Assembly: GCA_012521805.1 (NCBI GenBank)
Contig: JAAYLQ010000127.1
Location: 1-61,615 of the forward strand
Direction: 5' to 3'
DNA from: Bacillota bacterium
Lineage (GTDB): Bacteria; Bacillota; Limnochordia; Darwinibacteriales; DTU012
Length of the DNA: 61,615 nucleotides
The number at the start of each line of letters is the position of its first letter. Position 1 is the first letter of the stretch. Position numbers and translations under genes: made by a program. Below the pieces are notes generated by a model that had not been told where the DNA came from, made no database searches, and worked only from the letters and a program-made list of their open reading frames with translations. Below are positions 55,436-61,615 of the stretch, piece by piece.

Positions 55436-55855
55436 TTATTCTTCAACTTCTTTTGTAACAACAATAATTTTGAGTGTTTCGTAGTGTGTTTCGCCTGTTA
55501 ATGAGCTTTCCACTGCAATATTAATCTTGCCCTCTATGTATGACTCTTCCCCGGCTGCTGCAGCATTAAACACAACATTATAACCCTCGTTAGATTCAAG
55601 GATACCAATAGCGTCGTTTTCTATTGACCACTTAATAGTGCATTTTTTAAGCTCTTGAGCGAATGCATCTTTAACCACGACGCTGATTGTGACTTCCTCA
55701 CCGAATTCCAGTGTATACTCTGAGGTTTTCAGTTCCTTACCATCAACCTTAAAACTGATTTCGGCAACGTCATTCCACGGAGAAAAAAGAGTACACCCCG
55801 AAAAACTCAGCAACACGACCGCCAGAACTAACAGCTTTGCCACCTTTGTTTTCAT
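55436..55855 (-). CDS. small lipoprotein (Ig-like domain)
   Basis: The lipobox LLSFSGC follows a signal peptide. The body is beta-rich, and the RBS is GAAAGGAGG. Confidence 0.65.
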   Translation of the reverse strand: MKTKVAKLLVLAVVLLSFSGCTLFSPWNDVAEISFKVDGKELKTSEYTLEFGEEVTISVVVKDAFAQELKKCTIKWSIENDAIGILESNEGYNVVFNAAAAGEESYIEGKINIAVESSLTGETHYETLKIIVVTKEVEE

Positions 55856-56058
55856 TACTGTTTCGCCTCCTTTCTCGATTAATTGTTTTAATTGTAACTT
55901 AATATTGTTCTGCCTGCAATGCTTTATACTGCATTAAGGCACTACAATAAAATTAATTCGTTAGCGTTTATGCAAAAATAGGGGTTTTTGGAAAAAATAG
56001 TTGCTTAACTGCATTCAAAAGTTGTTGGTGGGTACACTAGTGGTGAGGTGAGACAGCA

Positions 56059-56919
56059 TTGAAAAAATGGTGGCTGAGTTTGCGTCCTTTTAGTTTTACC
56101 GCTTCTATCATACCCATGCTGCTGGGACTTGCAATCGCTGCAGAACAAACTGCGATTAACCTAGTAGGTGCGGCACTTGCTGTCGCGGCTGGATTAACAC
56201 TCCACATTATCGCAAACATTTTTAACAGTTATTACGACTGGAAATACGGGCATGATCGTCCCGGCGACCAACAGGTGGTTCCCCTACTGCTGGACCCTAG
56301 ACTTGGCGAATCAGCGCTTTACTGGTATGGGGTCTGTTTTTTTATTCTCGGCATTATATTAACTATTGTTCTCGGCATAATGTATAACTCAACCGTTTTT
56401 TTAATCACTCTCGTTGGTTTGTTTAATGCCTATTTCTACACCGCACCTCCGATTGCCTATAAAAAAAGAGGATTGGCGCTGCCGTCGGTTTTTATTTCCA
56501 TGGGAATCCTGATGCCATTAAACACTTATTTTGTACAAGTCAGCAATCTCACCCTTAAAATTCTACTGTGTCCGATCCCCCTAGCTGTATTAGTTACCGC
56601 AATTCTGCAGAGTAATGAACTGCGGGACTATGGTGCTGATCTCAGGCATGGCATTCGCTCATTAACAGTAGTGTACGGCATCAAAGTCGGAATTAAGTTT
56701 TATCAATTCCTAATCTTATCGCCTTATATCCTGACCCCCCTCCTAATATCTGCTGGGTTAGTTCCATGGTTTGGAGGTATAGTTTTTATAACCATCCCAT
56801 ATGCCTTGAAGCTTATTCGAAAAGCAGACCTCCATGAGTTTATCAGCCTTGATGCTGCCACCGCAAAACTGCATGCTGCGTTTGGTATTTTATATACGAT
56901 TGCACTAATCATGCAGTGA
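56059..56919 (+). CDS. UbiA-family prenyltransferase (MenA-like)
   Basis: About 8-9 TM helices are present. The Asp-rich motif is NIFNSYYDWKYGHD. The start is TTG, downstream of GGTGAGGTGAG. Confidence 0.78.
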   Translation: MKKWWLSLRPFSFTASIIPMLLGLAIAAEQTAINLVGAALAVAAGLTLHIIANIFNSYYDWKYGHDRPGDQQVVPLLLDPRLGESALYWYGVCFFILGIILTIVLGIMYNSTVFLITLVGLFNAYFYTAPPIAYKKRGLALPSVFISMGILMPLNTYFVQVSNLTLKILLCPIPLAVLVTAILQSNELRDYGADLRHGIRSLTVVYGIKVGIKFYQFLILSPYILTPLLISAGLVPWFGGIVFITIPYALKLIRKADLHEFISLDAATAKLHAAFGILYTIALIMQ

Positions 56920-56994
56920 TACCGTTGATTACTCTAGTTACCAGCAAGGATTCCTACTTTCAACAAAGAATAATAAGAAGGAGGAGGTGAATTC

Positions 56995-57831
56995 GTGCGT
57001 AAAATCCAAATTATAGCTGATACAGGATGTGACCTACCAGACGAGATAATTCAGAAACACAACATCCACTTAGTTCCAGTTAATGTCCATTTTGGAGATA
57101 GAATATATCATGACCGCATGGAGATCAGTGCCGCAGAGTTATATCAGATGATGAAAACAGCCCCCACTCCACCAACAACCAGCCAGATCAATCCAGATCA
57201 ATATTTCCAGGCATTTAAGGAGTACGCAGATCAGGATGTCGACATCTTGGTAATTGGGCTGTCACTTAAACTCACAGGATCCCTGCAGAGTGCCCAGATA
57301 GCAAAGGATATGCTCCAAAATGACAGAATTCATATTTTTGACACCAAATCTGCGTCCCTTGGTACTGGGTTGTACGTGTTGAAAGCTGCAGAATATATTG
57401 CGGAGGGCTTTTCCCTTGACAAAATTATAGCTAAGCTCAAGGCCTATCAAGAGCAGGCATACGCTTTAATAGTTTTATCCTCTTTAAAACATCTGCTGAA
57501 ATCAGGTCGATTAAGTCGCCCTGAAGCGGCCCTTGGCTCCATGTTGAATATAAAGCCGATACTGGGTTTCAATGACGGCGAAGTAGTTGCCACGGAAAAG
57601 GTGCGTTCCCTAAAAGGAGCGCTGTCAGTTATCATCCGGCGCTTTAAAGAACGACAGATTGATTTTAGTACCAGTACCTTAGGGATTGCTCACGCTAATT
57701 GCCTAGGTCTCGCGGAAGATTTTGCTGCGGAGGTAGAAAAAAAGCTACAGCCAAAAAGAATTATTATTAATACTGCCGGTGCTGCCATTGGCGCCCATGT
57801 CGGTCAAGGTGGGATTGGGCTATTCTATTAA
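56995..57831 (+). CDS. DegV family fatty-acid-binding protein
   Basis: The sequences IQIIADTGCDLP, PTTSQINPDQY and SGRLS are typical of DegV. Confidence 0.9.
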   Translation: MRKIQIIADTGCDLPDEIIQKHNIHLVPVNVHFGDRIYHDRMEISAAELYQMMKTAPTPPTTSQINPDQYFQAFKEYADQDVDILVIGLSLKLTGSLQSAQIAKDMLQNDRIHIFDTKSASLGTGLYVLKAAEYIAEGFSLDKIIAKLKAYQEQAYALIVLSSLKHLLKSGRLSRPEAALGSMLNIKPILGFNDGEVVATEKVRSLKGALSVIIRRFKERQIDFSTSTLGIAHANCLGLAEDFAAEVEKKLQPKRIIINTAGAAIGAHVGQGGIGLFY

Positions 57832-57832
57832 G

Positions 57833-57869
57833 AAAAAGCTAACCAGCGTTAACATGCTGTGTTAGCTTT
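57833..57869. terminator. hairpin terminator between convergent degV and yhaN-like genes
   Basis: The hairpin is AAAAGCTAAC CAGC-gttaacat-GCTG(t)GTTAGCTTTT. Confidence 0.8.
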
Positions 57870-60368
57870 TCCATTTAAGTACCTAACCTGCTGCGGTGCA
57901 AAGAGTTTGGCAATATTTTCATGACAGGTCAAGAGCACTATTTGATGCTGTTTGCTGATCAGCTTCATTAATTCAACTGTATTCATTAACCTTTGCCGAT
58001 CGAAATTTACCAAAATATCATCAGCGAAGATTGGTAGCTCTACTTTTTCAGCTCCGATCTGCAGCGCCAGCGCAAATCTTATTGCTAGATAGAGCTGTTC
58101 TACTGTGCCCCGACTTAACTGATGGGGAGCCAGAATCTCACCATTTGCAGTTTCGATCTTTAATTCCTTCATGCCGATGGGAGCGTAAACCCGGGTATAG
58201 CGGTTATCGGTGATTGCTGCAAAATACTCACTGGCGGCTTTGAGAACCCGTGGCTGGCGTTCCCGTTCATATTTACGGCTTACGTGCCCTATCACCCACT
58301 GACATGTCTTTAAGCTGCCCCATTTTACCGCCAGCTCTCTCGCTTTTGCTTGCAGTACTTCCCGCTCAAGCTGATATTCTTCATGCTTATAACTCTGCTC
58401 AATCATTTCCTTTTGAGCAGTCAGACCTCCAATGTTCTGCTGGAGCTGATCAAGTCTTAAACTCAGCTGTAGGATATCAGCTTTTAAATCCTCCTGCTGC
58501 TGCATTAGAGTTTCTTTATCTGTTCCTTCAAAGAAAACCACCGCATCCTTGTATTCAGTGCCAAAATATGTTTGGAGAACAACCTCCAAATTAGCAGCTT
58601 CCTGGGCCAGCTGTTCACGCTCAGCCTGAACTCTGTACCAATGGGCAATCTGTTCAGGATCATTAGTCTGACATGCCTGATAAATCTCTTTTAACTGTTG
58701 TTCTAACAACTGCTTTTCTTGCAGTAAGTTCGGCAGCGTCTCCATAACCTGCAGATAAGTTTCTACTTCTGTTACAGTTAAATCGTCCGGCAGGTGATAC
58801 CTCTTCAGCAGATTTCTTAATTGTTCAAGAAGCAACGCTTTTTGTTGGTGCTTTGCTGCTAAATCCTGCCGATAGGCGGTGGTTCTGGCCTCCAACTGCA
58901 TCAACTGCTGGGACAGCCGATTAATTTCCTGTCTTAGCTCTTCTTCCCGAAGTAGTTTTTGTTCAAAACTCAGCATTTCAAATTCAGGATTTGTTATGCC
59001 AAGTTTAGTGGTTAACTCTTTTAGAGTATTCCGGTGCCGAACAGCTGCTCTGTTGCTTTTGACCAGCATGGTTCCCAAACTAACAGCTATTAGTACCAGC
59101 ACACCGGCTGTGATTCCCATACCTAAGTTGTAATTGGAAGAAGAAAACAGAAACGCTGCTACCAACCAACCACAAACACCTACAGCGCCCAGCAGCACAC
59201 TAAGCCGATTAAAACCTGGTTCAGGATTAGTATCTATCTGTTTCAACTGCTCGAACAACCGTTTGCGAACCAAAAATTCATCTTCACTACCATCAATCTG
59301 ATCTTCTATTGCTGTAATCTGGTTTTGCAGCTCACGACACTCAACGGCTGCCTGCTGGTACCTTTCTTCCGCTACATTTACCTGGATCTGTGCCTGCTCG
59401 ATCTGATCTGCAAAAGCGGAAAACTCCGATAATAACTGCTGGTATTCCCGATTCTCTAGAAGCTGCAGTTCTATTCTCGGGTCAATTTTTGCAGCAGCCT
59501 GGTAATAAGCACTATTAATTCGCTCCAGCTCGACCTTAGCTTGTGTCAATTTTTCAGCGCCATCGACTGGCAGATTTCTATTAGGAATCCGCTCCAAATT
59601 CTGCTTAATCACTACCAGCTTCTGCCACTGAGGCCAAGCTTCAAGCATTAACTCTACTCGCTTAAGCGTCTGCTTCTTGACATCAAGTTCGCTCCTAATT
59701 TCAGCAGCAGCCTTTTTGGCAGCGATGATTTGACCTTTCAGTTGGCGATACTCATCGGTAACCCTGCTTGATTCCCGCAGCTTGCTATTGATTTCCTGAA
59801 GCTGATCCAGAACCTGATTTAACTCAGGCTTGCGGCCGCGGGGTTTGTAAATTCTGTCCATTGCGTTAATCAATTTACCTTCAATATCTGCTAAAGAAAT
59901 AGTGCTGCCAATCCCTATGCTGTATAGAAGAGAATTTAAATCATTGTTATCCAACAGCTTCAACTGCTGTAATTCATCTAAACCAAAAGCATATACTGTT
60001 TCAAACAGCGATTGGGAAATCCCCCCTAACAAATCGTTGATTTGGTTTTCTGAAAGTGAAATACCGCTTTTGAGATCTTCAATGATTAAGGCTCCACTAG
60101 AGCGGCGGTCGGGAACTCTACTGACTAAGTATTGCTGTTCGCCATCAATAATTCTGAGCGAACCGCCGTGGTTCCCACCCTTTATGGGTTCGTAGCGCTG
60201 CTGAGACCCCCGTTGGTAAAATCCATATAGGCAGCTGCGCACAAAGTTCAGGAGCGTGCTTTTGCCGGAGCCGTTTAGTCCATAGATAACGGTTAAATCT
60301 GGTTCTAAGTCGATAGTTAGATTATGCAGAATTCCAAACCCATCAATCTTTATTTGTTCTAATTTCAT
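57849..60368 (-). CDS. Rad50/SbcC-like AAA ATPase (YhaN-like) with a central transmembrane hairpin
   Basis: Walker A is GLNGSGKSTLLNF. The signature-like motif is LSRGTVEQLYLAIRFAL and Walker B is LPIFADDILVNFD. Long coiled-coil arms flank two hydrophobic helices (LSVLLGAVGVCGWLVAAFLF and GITAGVLVLIAVSLGTMLV) at about residues 385-440. Confidence 0.8.
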   Translation of the reverse strand: MKLEQIKIDGFGILHNLTIDLEPDLTVIYGLNGSGKSTLLNFVRSCLYGFYQRGSQQRYEPIKGGNHGGSLRIIDGEQQYLVSRVPDRRSSGALIIEDLKSGISLSENQINDLLGGISQSLFETVYAFGLDELQQLKLLDNNDLNSLLYSIGIGSTISLADIEGKLINAMDRIYKPRGRKPELNQVLDQLQEINSKLRESSRVTDEYRQLKGQIIAAKKAAAEIRSELDVKKQTLKRVELMLEAWPQWQKLVVIKQNLERIPNRNLPVDGAEKLTQAKVELERINSAYYQAAAKIDPRIELQLLENREYQQLLSEFSAFADQIEQAQIQVNVAEERYQQAAVECRELQNQITAIEDQIDGSEDEFLVRKRLFEQLKQIDTNPEPGFNRLSVLLGAVGVCGWLVAAFLFSSSNYNLGMGITAGVLVLIAVSLGTMLVKSNRAAVRHRNTLKELTTKLGITNPEFEMLSFEQKLLREEELRQEINRLSQQLMQLEARTTAYRQDLAAKHQQKALLLEQLRNLLKRYHLPDDLTVTEVETYLQVMETLPNLLQEKQLLEQQLKEIYQACQTNDPEQIAHWYRVQAEREQLAQEAANLEVVLQTYFGTEYKDAVVFFEGTDKETLMQQQEDLKADILQLSLRLDQLQQNIGGLTAQKEMIEQSYKHEEYQLEREVLQAKARELAVKWGSLKTCQWVIGHVSRKYERERQPRVLKAASEYFAAITDNRYTRVYAPIGMKELKIETANGEILAPHQLSRGTVEQLYLAIRFALALQIGAEKVELPIFADDILVNFDRQRLMNTVELMKLISKQHQIVLLTCHENIAKLFAPQQVRYLNGKANTAC

Positions 60369-60369
60369 C

Positions 60370-61587
60370 TTAGTTCTCCCCCGTTAAAAGCTGGACAGCA
60401 AGCAGCTTAGCTTTTTGCAGCAGTTCCTTTGTGCTTAATTCTATCTGACTGATCCGAGCAATATCAGCTGCAGCTGCCGCAATTTCGTCATCTAGAGTTT
60501 CCGTATCTGCTTCCAGCTCTTCGATAAAGGCAATTACCTCTGCCAAAAAGTCACCCCGCTGCCTTAGATTTGACCAATCAATTTCTGGCAGAGTTTGATC
60601 ATCAATCCCGGTTACCCAGATAAAATTTTCAAGCTCCGGTTCGCCTTCCCGCAGATCACTCAACAAATCAGTGATTGTATCAGATTCTTTCAGCAGTTGA
60701 TAACAGCCGCTTGCACCTGTTAGCGTTACATTAAGCATGGTGCCTACTGGGTAATCTGCCCTGTGCTCATCTTTATTCTGATTAAGAGTTGTAAATAATT
60801 GTTCAGGTGTAGTTAGTGTCAGATCAATCCCAATATCTTTCCAGATAATGTCCTGAAGTGGTACAAATTCGGAGGAGATTTCCATATTTCTATCCACATC
60901 AACCAAGTAACAGCCTTTTGGTCCTGATTCCCCTCGGTGTCGACCCTGAAGAATACCGGGATATTGGATAACACAGTTATTTTTCCATTCCTTAGCAGAA
61001 TGGACATGGCCAATAGCCCAATAATGGTAGCCTCTAGCTGCTAGGTCAGACAGAGCAACCGGTGCATACCCAAATTCCTGACTGCCTACATCACAGTGCA
61101 AAACCGCTATATTAAAGCTGCTGAAATCAGGGCGGGGAAACAACTGGCTCAGATCGCCAACATGGGTATTAGCATAGCTGATTCCGCTGAGCGTTACCTG
61201 CCTACTTTTGTAAACTTGACGGATAACATCCACTTTATCGGTACCAAAGAGATAAAGGTTCTCAGGCATGGAAAAAACAAAGTTCGGCAAAAATCCCGCA
61301 TCATGATTACCTGTTACCATATATACATCGATTTCTGCTTTATTTAAGCGAGCCAGCTGGTCCACAAAATGTTTTTGGGTGCGGAGACTCGGTCTGTTAG
61401 TTTCAAAGACGTCACCAGCCAAGACAAGAAAATCCACATCGGATTCAATACAAAAATTTACTAGATTGGAGAAAGCGGACAAACTCGCATCTATTACTCG
61501 TCTGCTCAACCGCTCATGTAGTTCTGTAACACCGGCAAATTGACTGCCGAGGTGCAAGTCTGCTGCGTGGACAAACCTCAACCCCAT
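60370..61587 (-). CDS. Mre11/SbcD-like metallophosphoesterase DNA-repair exonuclease (YhaO-like)
   Basis: The sequences FVHAADLHLG, LVLAGDVFE, GNHD and GHVH are calcineurin-like phosphoesterase motifs. The gene abuts the ATPase gene (TAAGATG junction). Confidence 0.85.
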   Translation of the reverse strand: MGLRFVHAADLHLGSQFAGVTELHERLSRRVIDASLSAFSNLVNFCIESDVDFLVLAGDVFETNRPSLRTQKHFVDQLARLNKAEIDVYMVTGNHDAGFLPNFVFSMPENLYLFGTDKVDVIRQVYKSRQVTLSGISYANTHVGDLSQLFPRPDFSSFNIAVLHCDVGSQEFGYAPVALSDLAARGYHYWAIGHVHSAKEWKNNCVIQYPGILQGRHRGESGPKGCYLVDVDRNMEISSEFVPLQDIIWKDIGIDLTLTTPEQLFTTLNQNKDEHRADYPVGTMLNVTLTGASGCYQLLKESDTITDLLSDLREGEPELENFIWVTGIDDQTLPEIDWSNLRQRGDFLAEVIAFIEELEADTETLDDEIAAAAADIARISQIELSTKELLQKAKLLAVQLLTGEN

Positions 61588-61615
61588 ACTACCCCGTACC
61601 TCCTGTTATTCGTTA

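Noticed and set aside
1-61615. I searched by eye for CRISPR arrays, IS or transposase genes, integrases other than xerD, rRNA and tRNA genes, and long direct or inverted repeats.
   Set aside because: None were recognised. The only repeat-like signals are terminator hairpins and compositional repeats inside the TonB linker and the coiled-coil genes. A computational repeat and tRNA scan would be needed to exclude small elements.

Overview
This is a 61.6-kb chromosomal segment from a motile, endospore-forming Firmicute (Clostridia/Halanaerobiales-like; the organism was not identified). Gene order resembles the terminus-proximal region of Bacillus subtilis. From left to right it holds: infB(partial)-rbfA-nrnA-truB-ribF-rpsO-pnp; spoIIM-xerD-deoB-pdp; dacF-spoIIAA-spoIIAB-sigF; a five-gene ExbB/ExbD/TonB envelope cluster; a cheW-fliM-fliY-cheA-cheY-cheC-cheD-cheB-cheR-fapA operon; miaB-mutS-mutL-miaA; a spoVK-GTPase-membrane protein module; ynbB, sigH, mgtC, surE; divergent lexA / yneA-like SOS genes; an AAC(3)-type acetyltransferase; T-box-controlled tyrS; alaX; a menA-like gene; degV; and a YhaO/YhaN (SbcCD-like) pair. 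No rRNA, tRNA, CRISPR array, transposase or prophage genes were seen. Five points deserve a second look. (1) A 28-bp Xer/dif site sits in the largest ORF-free gap (49917-49944) and coincides with a switch in gene-strand bias, so the window probably spans the replication terminus. (2) A terminator-bounded operon encodes ExbB-ExbD-TonB, a 680-aa secreted Ig-like/cohesin-like protein and an SLH-coiled-coil-TM protein. It has no TonB-dependent receptor and its gene logic parallels Tol-Pal. This is my best candidate for an undescribed envelope system. (3) A translationally coupled module of SpoVK-type AAA+, a minimal GTPase, a 6-TM DDxxD-repeat protein and a 79-aa peptide occupies the position HflX holds in Bacillus. 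(4) A Rad50/SbcC-like ATPase has a transmembrane hairpin where the zinc hook should be. (5) ribF has no canonical start codon and lies in frame with truB across a single TGA. All functional calls rest on reading the translated ORFs and on motif recall. No database search was run.
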